A stretch of DNA of 64,000 nt from Polyangiaceae bacterium (GTDB lineage Bacteria; Myxococcota_A; Polyangia; Polyangiales; Polyangiaceae), in the NCBI GenBank assembly GCA_041389745.1, contig JAWKRF010000008.1, positions 216,500-280,499 on the forward strand, read 5' to 3'. Below are positions 19,556 through 28,165 of this stretch, in pieces. Both the position numbers and the translations under genes were made by a program. Each line of letters opens with the position of its first letter. The first letter of the stretch is position 1. The notes beneath the pieces were generated by a model. The model was not told the DNA's origin. It was given only the letters and a program-made list of their open reading frames with translations, and searched no databases.

Positions 19556-20080
19556 TCAGCTCTTGAACGAGCGCTTGACCTCCTCGTTCATGAGCATCCA
19601 GATGCCGATGGGCAGTCCAAACCAGCAGCAGGGGCCGATGCACGGCAGCATGCCGACGATCGTTCCGCCCACGGACATCCCCCAGCCTTCGCCCTTGCGT
19701 GCCTTCGTCATGGCGAAGATCACGAAGCCACCGGTGGCGAGGCCGAGCAGGTTGAACACGATGCCCATCACGCCAGACATCATGTTCGCCATGCCCTCGT
19801 CACCACCGGCCATCGCGCCCATGCCGGTGCCGAGGAGGTTCATGATCAGGCTGAGCACGCCGAAGGCCATGCCGATCCCCATCGCGATCATCATGAAGAT
19901 CGCGGGCAGGTTCACCTTCTCTATCGCCCCGCCTCCGCCGCCGGGAGGCGGGCCATACGCCCCGGGAGGGCCATAGGGGTTTCCTCCAGGGGGACCCCCG
20001 GGAGGGCCTCCCGGAGCGCCGAAGCCACCGCCGGGCGGAGGACCATAGGGAGGAGGGTTACCGTACGGATTATTCTGCAT
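19556..20080 (-). CDS. hypothetical membrane protein with Pro/Gly-rich N-terminus
   Basis: ATG at 20080 gives MQNNPYGNPPPYGPPPGGGFGAPGGPPGGPPGGNPYGPPGAYGPPPGG, followed by about four TM helices. The upstream part of ORF 19556..20266 looks like non-coding read-through. Confidence 0.55.
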   Translation of the reverse strand: MQNNPYGNPPPYGPPPGGGFGAPGGPPGGPPGGNPYGPPGAYGPPPGGGGGAIEKVNLPAIFMMIAMGIGMAFGVLSLIMNLLGTGMGAMAGGDEGMANMMSGVMGIVFNLLGLATGGFVIFAMTKARKGEGWGMSVGGTIVGMLPCIGPCCWFGLPIGIWMLMNEEVKRSFKS

Positions 20081-20150
20081 TGAGCCTCGAAGACCGAGGC
20101 TATCCGACCGACCGCCTCGAGCCAACACCGAAGCGGCTTCGATAAGTCGC

Positions 20151-20624
20151 CTACTCGAGCCCCAGCACCTCTGCGCGCGCCTCGAGACAGGCTCGGGATC
20201 CTGCGCGAAACCTGCGACATGCGCTGGGGCGTTGCTGATGCATCGCACAGCGCACGCTGAGGCCAAGCTCGCCTTCCAGAGCGACGCAGCGCACGCCTGG
20301 GGTGTTTGGCCTCGACCAGCGCGGCACGCGCTCGAGTTCGCTCGAGCTTCCTCGAGGATCGCGCAGGGGGCGATGAGCCTCTTCCCCGTCGCAACTGGGC
20401 ACTGGATCGCTGATGGTCGCTAGCTCCTCGTCGATCACTTGGAGCGCGAAGCGCGGCGGCAAGCGCGCTCGCTCGGCGGGAGGGACGTGGACGTAGGTGG
20501 ACCAGTCGCTGCGGGGCGCGCAGCACGCGCCACAGCGGGTGCAGTCCAGCTCGAAGCTCGTCTGACTCACGCCGCGAGCTTGAGCCAGGCTCGCAGAAGC
20601 TGGGACGCCTTTTTCGCTTGCCAT
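20151..20624 (-). CDS. YkgJ-family (UPF0153) cysteine-cluster protein
   Basis: CTRCGACC motif plus later Cys residues (CVALEGELG...CAMHQQRPSACRRF), typical of the Zn/Fe-chelating YkgJ family. ATG at 20624 is preferred because the TTG at 20675 lies inside the operator palindrome. Confidence 0.65.
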   Translation of the reverse strand: MASEKGVPASASLAQARGVSQTSFELDCTRCGACCAPRSDWSTYVHVPPAERARLPPRFALQVIDEELATISDPVPSCDGEEAHRPLRDPRGSSSELERVPRWSRPNTPGVRCVALEGELGLSVRCAMHQQRPSACRRFRAGSRACLEARAEVLGLE

Positions 20625-20640
20625 GCGCGGCGCCTCGGCT

Positions 20641-20680
20641 AGAACTTGAGCGCGCTCAAAATTGAGCAGGCTCAAGTTCT
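20641..20680. promoter_or_regulatory. 40-bp dyad with four alternating TTGAGC/GCTCAA half-sites (candidate TetR operator)
   Basis: AGAACTTGAGCGCGCTCAAAATTGAGCAGGCTCAAGTTCT. 34 of 40 positions are self-complementary, and the only mismatches are the three 2-nt spacers. It lies between the divergent YkgJ-family and TetR genes. Confidence 0.7.
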
Positions 20681-20693
20681 TGGTGCACGAAGC

Positions 20694-21326
20694 GTGGAAA
20701 AGGCCAGTTCACTGCGGGAACAGAAGAAGCTCGCCAAGCTGGAGGCGATCCAGCGAGCCGCGCGGGAGCTGTTTCGGCGCCAGGGCTACGCGGGGACGAC
20801 CACCCGCGAGATCGCGGAGCGCGCGGGGATCGGCGTCGGCACCCTGTTCGTCTACTTCCCCGAGAAGATCGATCTGTTGTTCTACGTCTTCTCCCAGGAC
20901 TTGGAGCGGGTCGCCTCCGAGGCTCTGGACAGTATCCCTGAGGAACTGAGCCTGGTGGATGGCTTGCTGCACGTGTTCGCGGCGATCTTCGAGCTCTACG
21001 ACGAGGACCACGAGCTCAGCCGCACCTTCCTCAAGGAGTACCAGTTCGGTACAGGCAAGGTCCGCGACGCGTTCAACGAGGTGACCTTCGGTATCGTCGG
21101 CCGATTCGGCGCGCTCGTGCGGAGAGCTCGCGCGCGAGGAGAGCCACTGCGAGAGATCGAGGATTTCCAGGCGGGATACCAATTCTTCGCGCTGTACGCG
21201 TTCGCGCTGCAGCTCTGGTTGAGTCGCGCCCTGGCTGATCGAGAGACGGCGTTGCTTCAGCTGCGCATGAGCCTGGACCTCGCCGTCGAGGGAATGAAGG
21301 AGTCAGGCGAGTCTGCGATTCGCTGA
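20694..21326 (+). CDS. TetR/AcrR-family transcriptional regulator
   Basis: AIQRAARELFRRQGYAGTTTREIAERAGIGVGTLFVYFPEK is a canonical TetR N-terminal HTH. Start is uncertain: GTG 20694 is preferred, and the TTG at 20646 lies inside the palindrome. Confidence 0.85.
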   Translation: MEKASSLREQKKLAKLEAIQRAARELFRRQGYAGTTTREIAERAGIGVGTLFVYFPEKIDLLFYVFSQDLERVASEALDSIPEELSLVDGLLHVFAAIFELYDEDHELSRTFLKEYQFGTGKVRDAFNEVTFGIVGRFGALVRRARARGEPLREIEDFQAGYQFFALYAFALQLWLSRALADRETALLQLRMSLDLAVEGMKESGESAIR

Positions 21327-21401
21327 CGGATCGATTCAGGCTCGCTCGTCTCGACGACTCCCCGAGGGGCTGAAGCGAATCACCAGGACAGGAGTGATGG
21401 C

Positions 21402-22703
21402 GTGAAAGACGGGAAAATAGAGGCTCTGGCGCGTGGCTTCAAGGACCGCACGCTGGTCACGGCGCGCATGGCCTCGAAGCTCGGTGTGCGATACGTGAAG
21501 CGCAGCCTCGGCTCAGAGGGGTCGCTGGAGGCGACTCCGAAGCAGCTCGAGATGGCGCGCAAGCTCGTGCGGGACATGAGCAGCATGAAGGGTCTGATCA
21601 TGAAATTCGGGCAGATGGCCAGCTACATGCCCGGCGCGCTGCCTCCCGACGCCCAGCGAATCCTTGCGGAACTGCAAGCCGAGAGCACGGCGCTGAGTTA
21701 CGAGCGCGTGAGGCAGCTCGTGGAGGCGGAGCTCGGACGTCCGATCGACTCCGCGTTCGATGACTTCGAGCCCGAGCCGTTCGCTGCGGCCTCCATCGGG
21801 CAGGTACACCGAGCACGCTTCGCTGGTCGGGAGGTCGCGGTCAAGGTGCAGTATCCAGAGATCGAAGAGGCGTTGAAGAGCGACCTGAAGACCGTCGGCT
21901 TCGCCACCACGCTCTCGACCCTGGGCATGCCGATCGATGGTAGGGCGCTGATCGCGGAGCTGTCCGAGCGCCTGATGGAGGAATGCGACTATCGCGCCGA
22001 GGCAGACAACCAGCGCTTCTTCGGCCGGCTGCTCGAGGGGTACTCCGGCGTGCATGTGCCCGAGGTGGTCAGCGAGCGCACGACCAAGCGCGTGCTCACG
22101 ACCCGGCTCGTCGATGGTCAGCGGTTCTATCCCTTCTGCGACCAGGCGCCTCGAGCGCTGAAGGATCGCGCGGCGCAGGCAATCTTTCGCGTGTCGTTCG
22201 ACTGCATCTTTCGCCACGCGACGTACAACGCCGACCCGCATCCTGGCAACTACCTGTTCGGTAACGACGGGCAGGTCACCTTCCTCGACTATGGCTGCGT
22301 CCGTCGGTTCGACCCGCAGATGATTGCCGCATGGAAACGTGTTGCGCTGAGCGTCCTGGACGATCGGCGCGCGGACTTCGAGCGCTACTTCCCGGACCTC
22401 GGGATGGTACCCAAGCCCAGGCGCTTCGACTGGGACCACCAGTGGGCCGTGATGCGCTACCTGTACACGCCCTTCCTGCAGCGAGCGCCGTACTTCACCT
22501 ACACCCATGAGTACGTGCAGCAGAGCTACGCGCTGTTGCTGTTCGATAATCCGAACAAGCTCAAGACCGCGATGCCCCCCGAGTGGCTGTTCTTGAATCG
22601 TCTGCAGTGGGGGCTGAACTCCGTGCTCGCGTATCTGGATGCCACCGGCCCTTGGCCAGAGATCTGGCGAGCTGCCGTCGAGTCCCCGACCCCCGGGGCC
22701 TGA
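21402..22703 (+). CDS. ABC1/UbiB-family atypical kinase
   Basis: GTG start preceded by AGGAG. AASIGQVHRARFAGREVAVKVQYP and DPHPGNYLF motifs are characteristic of ABC1/AarF kinases. Confidence 0.85.
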   Translation: MKDGKIEALARGFKDRTLVTARMASKLGVRYVKRSLGSEGSLEATPKQLEMARKLVRDMSSMKGLIMKFGQMASYMPGALPPDAQRILAELQAESTALSYERVRQLVEAELGRPIDSAFDDFEPEPFAAASIGQVHRARFAGREVAVKVQYPEIEEALKSDLKTVGFATTLSTLGMPIDGRALIAELSERLMEECDYRAEADNQRFFGRLLEGYSGVHVPEVVSERTTKRVLTTRLVDGQRFYPFCDQAPRALKDRAAQAIFRVSFDCIFRHATYNADPHPGNYLFGNDGQVTFLDYGCVRRFDPQMIAAWKRVALSVLDDRRADFERYFPDLGMVPKPRRFDWDHQWAVMRYLYTPFLQRAPYFTYTHEYVQQSYALLLFDNPNKLKTAMPPEWLFLNRLQWGLNSVLAYLDATGPWPEIWRAAVESPTPGA

Positions 22704-22850
22704 CGCGCGAACGTCACGCCTGCCGCGCCCCGCAGGACGGTGGAGGCGTGCTATCCAGTGCGGCGAGTCCGTGAATCGCTCTGCAGCTCGACACCCCTTG
22801 CCCCTCGTTGGCCACGCGAAGTGTCCTGCAGAGCACGATGGAGGCAGGAC

Positions 22851-23759
22851 ATGAACGCCGCCGACCGCCAGAGCCGCGGAGTGCTGGCGGTGTTGCTGGC
22901 GGCGACTGGCTTCAGCTGGGGCTTCGTGCTCGCCAAGGCCATCGGGCTGCCGCCGCCGACCATCGCTGTCTGGCGCATGGCGATCGGCGGCACGGCGCTC
23001 AGCCTGGTCGCGCTGACCCGACACATCCCTTGGCCCAAGCAGTGGGCTGGCGTCTTGCTGGCTGGGCTGTGTTTCGGAATCCACCAGCTGCTCTACATCA
23101 CGGCTTCTCAGAAGACGAACATCGCGATCGTGGCCCTGGTTTCCGCGCTTCAACCCGTGGTGGTCGCGCTGGTCAGTCACCGTGCGGTCGGGGAGATCGT
23201 GCCGCGACGGGTGCTCGGTTTCTGCGTGGTGGCCGTGCTGGGGGTCGCGGTGGTGGTGCTGAGCAGCCTGAAGTCACGAGAGCATGACTACTTGGGCGAT
23301 CTGCTGAGCCTGCTCAACCTGCTCGCGGTCAGCGCCTATCTTCTGTTTGGCAAGCGAGCGCGACTCGAGGGGGCGCCCACGCTGACGCTGACGGCGTCGG
23401 TGTTCTTCATCGGGCTCTGCGTCGCCCTGCCGTTCGTGTCGACGGTGACCGCGCGCAGCCCGCAGGCCTCCAAGCAGTGGTTTCTGCTGGCGATCCTGGC
23501 GCTGGGCCCAGGCAACGGACACTTGCTGGTCAACTGGGCCCATGGTCGGGTGAGCGCCGCGCTGGTCGCCATCGTGCTCACGGCGGTGCCCTTGCTGGCG
23601 AGTGTCTGGGCAGCTCTGATCCTGGGGGAGAGCTACGGCATCGGGCACGTCATCGGCACCCTGATCGTGGTGGTCGCCGTCGAGGGGGCGCGGCGCGCCG
23701 AGGCGAGCGCAGCAGAGCGGCGGTCGTCGGAGGCTAGCGCTCGTACCCTCAGTGGGTAG
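22851..23759 (+). CDS. DMT superfamily (EamA) transporter
   Basis: ATG at 22851 preceded by GGAGG. Ten-TM-like profile with two EamA-like halves. Confidence 0.75.
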   Translation: MNAADRQSRGVLAVLLAATGFSWGFVLAKAIGLPPPTIAVWRMAIGGTALSLVALTRHIPWPKQWAGVLLAGLCFGIHQLLYITASQKTNIAIVALVSALQPVVVALVSHRAVGEIVPRRVLGFCVVAVLGVAVVVLSSLKSREHDYLGDLLSLLNLLAVSAYLLFGKRARLEGAPTLTLTASVFFIGLCVALPFVSTVTARSPQASKQWFLLAILALGPGNGHLLVNWAHGRVSAALVAIVLTAVPLLASVWAALILGESYGIGHVIGTLIVVVAVEGARRAEASAAERRSSEASARTLSG

Positions 23760-25290
23760 CGACCCGCGGCTCTGCTCGGGACTCGCTCTGTGTGAGGCGT
23801 CGTCTGAGCTCGGCGAGCTTGGCGTCGCGGAGGCTCAGGTGCTGCGAGTCGCCGTGAACGCCCAGCTCGTCCAGCAGCGGTTGATAGTCGAAGAACCGAG
23901 CCCGCTCGAGCGCCGGCTCGGCGATGTCCCACAGCGGGACCCGGAGAGCTTTTTCCGCGCGGTGAATCAGCTCCTGCGCCGTCCAGAGCTCGGGGCCCTC
24001 CGCGGCGTAGCTGGCCAGGGCGCGCATGAGCTCGTCGAGGCTCCTGCCTGCCTTGGCGAGGCGAAGTTCCCAGGCGAGCGCGATGGCGGCGCCCGACCAG
24101 TACACTCGCCAGTAGCTGTGGTGTTCGTGCATCAGCTCGCTCTCACGCTGGAGCGGGAGCTCTCCAGCCACTCGGCTGCCGCGCTCGAAACCATCGACCA
24201 GCTCCCTCCACACCTGCCGGTCGCTGAGCGCGCCTGCGCGCCCACGCAGGATCGCGGTGTAGTACGTCGTGATGCCTTCGCTGAACCAGGCGTCCTCCAA
24301 GCGGATGTACGGCATCAGCAGGTGGAAGAGCTCGTGGGTGGCCGCCCAGTCGCTGTCGATGCTGCCCTTGGTCGCGCTGTCGCCCGCCCAGATCAGGCTG
24401 GAGAGTCCTCCGCCGTGGAAGGCGAAACCGAACGAGTCCGCTCGCTGGGGTTCGGGCGCCAGCACCACGAGCGCAGACAGGGCTGGGCTGCCCTGAAAGG
24501 GCTGGCTCGCCGCGCTCGCAGAGGCGCTCAGCCAGGGCAAGTACGCCTCGGGCATGGCGTCGCCGAGCGTCGCGATCTCCAGCTCGAAGGTTCCCGCCCG
24601 CAGTCGCTTCGGGTGCAGCGCGCCCAGCGCGCCCACGGATTTCCAGCGGTGCGCGTCGGGTGGCAAGAGGTAGTGGTCGCCCCGCCGAGGCCATGGAAAG
24701 CTAGCATTGATTCCGGGAGGCAATACAAAGCGCAGCGGGAGAACGCCGACCCGCTCTGGGTGCCACAGCCAGTAGTCTGCGCAGAGCAGCCAGTCTTCGT
24801 CGTACTGCTTCGTGCGAATGGGCGCTCCCACGCCGCGCAGCTTCGCGAGGGGCACCCGGTAGTCGATGCAGTCGCCGACCCCCGCCGTGGGTGGTAGCGC
24901 GAAGCCTCGTTGCGTTGCGCGCAGCTCGCTGGTCTCGCCGGCGTGCTCGAGCCGCACGTGGTCCACGAGGTGAGCCGGGGAGGCATCGTGCGGCAGCACC
25001 TGGGCGCCAGGGGGCTCCGCGAAGCACAGGCGAACCTCGACGGCATCTTCCCCCAGGGAAACGCGGTAGCCCGGTGTCGACCGCGCGACTGGCTCCGTCG
25101 CGGCACTCGCTTCCACCGAAGCGCTGCCGCCAGGTACGGTTTTGGGCGCAGCCCGTGGGGGGGAGGAGCGATCACAGCTCACCTCACCCCCAAATAAGAG
25201 GCAGACGATCAGCAGCTCACGGAATCGCCAGCGGGAACTCCTTGGAGCCCCAGACTTCGCCCTTGATGCCTGGTTGCGCGTCGTTTCCAC
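23749..25290 (-). CDS. M61-like zinc metallopeptidase, secreted
   Basis: THELFHLLMP (HExxH) followed by WFSEGITTYYTAILRGRAG, as in M61 glycyl aminopeptidases. Hydrophobic N-terminal segment LLIVCLLFGGEVSC. Start is uncertain (GTG 25290, ATG 25341 or 25359), and every option overlaps the upstream gene. Confidence 0.6.
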   Translation of the reverse strand: METTRNQASRAKSGAPRSSRWRFRELLIVCLLFGGEVSCDRSSPPRAAPKTVPGGSASVEASAATEPVARSTPGYRVSLGEDAVEVRLCFAEPPGAQVLPHDASPAHLVDHVRLEHAGETSELRATQRGFALPPTAGVGDCIDYRVPLAKLRGVGAPIRTKQYDEDWLLCADYWLWHPERVGVLPLRFVLPPGINASFPWPRRGDHYLLPPDAHRWKSVGALGALHPKRLRAGTFELEIATLGDAMPEAYLPWLSASASAASQPFQGSPALSALVVLAPEPQRADSFGFAFHGGGLSSLIWAGDSATKGSIDSDWAATHELFHLLMPYIRLEDAWFSEGITTYYTAILRGRAGALSDRQVWRELVDGFERGSRVAGELPLQRESELMHEHHSYWRVYWSGAAIALAWELRLAKAGRSLDELMRALASYAAEGPELWTAQELIHRAEKALRVPLWDIAEPALERARFFDYQPLLDELGVHGDSQHLSLRDAKLAELRRRLTQSESRAEPRVATH

Positions 25291-26761
25291 CTTGTCCGCC
25301 GGGCCCGCCTTCTCCCGGCGTGCCGCGATCGATGATGACATCCTCGCCCTCGCTGACAACCGACTTGCCGATCAACGCGATCGCGATGGACACACCGCCG
25401 TTCCCGCCAGCGCCACCGCCGCCGTCGCCGCCGTCACCGCCGTCGCCGCCAGCCGCACCGCCCGCGGAGCTGTAGTTGATCAGGCCGCACTTCTGCGAGT
25501 TGCCGTCGTCGCCGCCTGCGCCCATCGCGCCCATGCCTCCGCTCAGGCCATCGCCACCTCGACCGCCCTTGCCGGCGAGCCCGCCCGAGACGTAGGTGTG
25601 GTCCAGGCTCAGGCCGGATTCGATGAGAACGATGCCAAAGGCGCCGCCGCCGATGCCCCCGGCCTCTCCGCCTCCGCCTCCGCAGCCGCCATCGCCGCCC
25701 TTGCCGCCCGGACCACCGAGCAACGTGCCGCAGCCACCGCACGCACGGAAGCGCTTGGTGCCACCGGCACCACCCCCACCACCTCCGGTGCCGTGCTTTC
25801 CGCGCTCACCCGCGCCGCCTGGGCTGCCCTGCCAGTCGCCGCCCGCGCTGAACACGCCCAGTCCATCCATCGAAATTCCACCAGGCAATCCGTTGGCGCC
25901 GTCGCCGCCGTCGTCACCGGTCTTGCCGCCGCTGACGCCATCGCTGCCAGTGAGCGGGCAGGCGTTGGGGCAGTTGTCGGAGCCGTCGGGGCCCCCCGCG
26001 CCACCGCTCGTCGGATCCCCGTCGGCGTCCCCAGGTTCGCCGGCCGTGGAGCCACAGTCGTCCACGGTGCCCCCGCTCCCGCCGAGGGCGCTGCAGGTGA
26101 TCTCGCTGCCGACTGCGCCTTCGGCGCCTGCCGCGGCCTTGCCTCCCTCGACTCGGGCATCGATCAGGCTGAGCGCATCGGCCGAGTCCTTGACCCAGAT
26201 GGCGTAGGTGCTCGAGCCGTCATCGAGCTCGCTCAGGTCCGCGCCCTTCACCGTGAGGCTCTCCAGGCTGGTCGGTCTGGTCAAGCCCTCTGCGATGATG
26301 GTCCTGGCTTCGCCCGATGTGATCACCACCTGGTTGGCGGCATCCCGACTCTTGAACCCCGCCCCGTAGCCGCCGATGATGTGGATGCCATCCGGCAGGG
26401 TGACTTGCTCCTGGTAGGTGCCCTGCATCACGTGGATGTCGCACGGTTTCGCGCCGCACCCGACGGCGCGCTGGATCCCCTCGCTGATGGTCTGAACGGC
26501 CGTGTCTGGAGTCCGACCGTCGCGGTTATCGTTTCCGAGGGGAGACACATGGATGACCTTTGCGCCGCCGACTTCTCCGCCCTCGCCCCCGGTCCCCGCG
26601 CTGCCGGTGCCTCCGGTGCCTGCGGTGCCACCGCTGCCGCTACCCCCGTTCGCAAGGGCGCTGTCGACGCCTCCACCGTCAGCGCACGCCGCAGTCAGCG
26701 CCGCCCCTTGCGCCAGCAAAGCAAATGACACCAGCCAGGGTGCCAGACCTCCAGTTCGCAC
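25217..26761 (-). CDS. secreted protein: DUF1565-like beta-helix N-domain plus long PGRS-like glycine-rich region
   Basis: Signal peptide MRTGGLAPWLVSFALLAQGAALTAAC. VIHVSPLGNDNRDGRTPDTAVQTISEGIQRA resembles the DUF1565/pectin-lyase-fold start. The C-terminal half is dominated by GGxGGxGG-type motifs. Confidence 0.65.
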   Translation of the reverse strand: MRTGGLAPWLVSFALLAQGAALTAACADGGGVDSALANGGSGSGGTAGTGGTGSAGTGGEGGEVGGAKVIHVSPLGNDNRDGRTPDTAVQTISEGIQRAVGCGAKPCDIHVMQGTYQEQVTLPDGIHIIGGYGAGFKSRDAANQVVITSGEARTIIAEGLTRPTSLESLTVKGADLSELDDGSSTYAIWVKDSADALSLIDARVEGGKAAAGAEGAVGSEITCSALGGSGGTVDDCGSTAGEPGDADGDPTSGGAGGPDGSDNCPNACPLTGSDGVSGGKTGDDGGDGANGLPGGISMDGLGVFSAGGDWQGSPGGAGERGKHGTGGGGGGAGGTKRFRACGGCGTLLGGPGGKGGDGGCGGGGGEAGGIGGGAFGIVLIESGLSLDHTYVSGGLAGKGGRGGDGLSGGMGAMGAGGDDGNSQKCGLINYSSAGGAAGGDGGDGGDGGGGAGGNGGVSIAIALIGKSVVSEGEDVIIDRGTPGEGGPGGQGGNDAQPGIKGEVWGSKEFPLAIP

Positions 26762-26823
26762 TCGTGCCTCCGTCCGGGGCGCATGCGTCCCCCAAGTGAG
26801 CGGGGCGCTCGTGCCCCAACTGA

Positions 26824-26848
26824 AACATGTTGCAGATAGAACATGTTC
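26824..26848. promoter_or_regulatory. two copies of the palindrome AACATGTT 16 bp apart (candidate operator)
   Basis: AACATGTT at 26824-26831 and 26840-26847. The second extends to GAACATGTTC. It is an AT-rich island 63-87 nt upstream of the start of the glycine-rich protein gene. Confidence 0.4.
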
Positions 26849-26929
26849 TACTTGGGCGCAAGAAAGCGCGAAAATCTGGCGGAATCCGAGCAGCGCTTCG
26901 CCTCCTGGGGTCGGAGCTGCGTCGCCGCG

Positions 26930-27592
26930 TCACTCCCAGCTCGCGCTGGCACGCATGAAGTCCTGATTGTTGCCACCACCCTGGAGGCGATCGATCTGGA
27001 TGCGCTTGGCGCCCGAGGCGTCGAGCAGGGCCTCGCAGCCACCCAGGATCTCCGTCCACAGGTTGCTATCGAAGCCCCGACACCCACGCCACTCGACGCG
27101 ACCGAAGCCCTTGCGCGCCTCCATCACCTCGACCGCGCCCGTGTCGTAGTAGCTGCCAAAGAGCCTTGGACTGATGTTGAGCACGGTGTGTGGAGCCAGC
27201 AATCCGAGGAAGATCTTGTGCACCGTGCTCAGGTCGCTGGCCGTCGACTGGCGCCCGAGTGCCCAGACCAGCTCGGGACCTTCCCCGGTCACGTGGCGGA
27301 TCGCGCGCATCAGCTGGGCGTGCCAGGCCAGCGGATACCAGGTGCTCGCCACCACACCGCCGAAATGCAGGGCTTCCCCGAACTCTCGAGTGTTCTGCTG
27401 TCCGATCAGGTGCTCGACGACCTCGCTGGCGACGTGTTCACCACGCAACGTCGTCAGCGCCTGGAAGACCGAGCGCGTCGACAGGCCCTTGATCTGCGGC
27501 TCTCCAGCCATCGCAGCAGATTCTCGCACGCCTCGCGCAGACTGGTCGCTGTTCGTCAGCAGGGAACTCGAGGAAGCAGGATGCTTGGTCAT
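26930..27592 (-). CDS. hypothetical protein (possibly the myxobacterial DUF2378/TIGR02265 family)
   Basis: 220-aa ORF with normal coding composition. The family assignment is only a weak impression. An alternative start is ATG 27511. Confidence 0.4.
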   Translation of the reverse strand: MTKHPASSSSLLTNSDQSARGVRESAAMAGEPQIKGLSTRSVFQALTTLRGEHVASEVVEHLIGQQNTREFGEALHFGGVVASTWYPLAWHAQLMRAIRHVTGEGPELVWALGRQSTASDLSTVHKIFLGLLAPHTVLNISPRLFGSYYDTGAVEVMEARKGFGRVEWRGCRGFDSNLWTEILGGCEALLDASGAKRIQIDRLQGGGNNQDFMRASASWE

Positions 27593-27698
27593 CTCCAGGG
27601 TCCGAGTGGCAGAGTCCTCGAACGGATAGAACGGCTGGTTCCGAGGAACCTGAAGCCGCTGGCGATGGCGCGCTCCGAGCGCCTATCCTCCCTCGCCA

Positions 27699-28142
27699 AT
27701 GGCCCTCTACTTCAAGCCTCGAGGCGAGCTGCTCGGCCGTATCAGTCGCATCCACACCTGGCTGTACCGCAAGACCCGCGGGCGGGTCGGGCATGGGCTG
27801 ATTGGGCTGAAGATTCTGCTCCTGGGTAGTGTCGGGAGGAAGTCAGGGCAGCTGAGGGTCGCGCCGCTGCCGTACTTTCGCGTCGCGGACTACCTGGTGG
27901 TCATCGCGTCCAACGCAGCGCAAGCCAAGCACCCCGCCTGGTACCACAACATCAGGGCCAACCCGCTGGTGGACGTCCAGCTGAAGGGCGAGCGTTTCTC
28001 GGCGCGGACTCGCGTCTTGGAGGGCGAAGAACGCGAGCGCGCCTGGCGTGTCGTCACCACCAAGGAGCCGCGCTACGCACACTATCAGGAGCTGGTCGAG
28101 CGGAAGATCCCGGTGGTCGCCCTGGAGCGCGTAGCGACGTGA
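27699..28142 (+). CDS. deazaflavin (F420)-dependent nitroreductase family protein (DUF385/Ddn-like)
   Basis: GRKSGQLRVAPLPYF...VVIASNAAQAKHPAWYHNIRANPLVDVQ...EGEERERAW...IPVVALE matches the PF04075-type pattern as I remember it. Confidence 0.8.
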   Translation: MALYFKPRGELLGRISRIHTWLYRKTRGRVGHGLIGLKILLLGSVGRKSGQLRVAPLPYFRVADYLVVIASNAAQAKHPAWYHNIRANPLVDVQLKGERFSARTRVLEGEERERAWRVVTTKEPRYAHYQELVERKIPVVALERVAT

Positions 28143-28165
28143 GACATGATATCCGTGGGGATACG

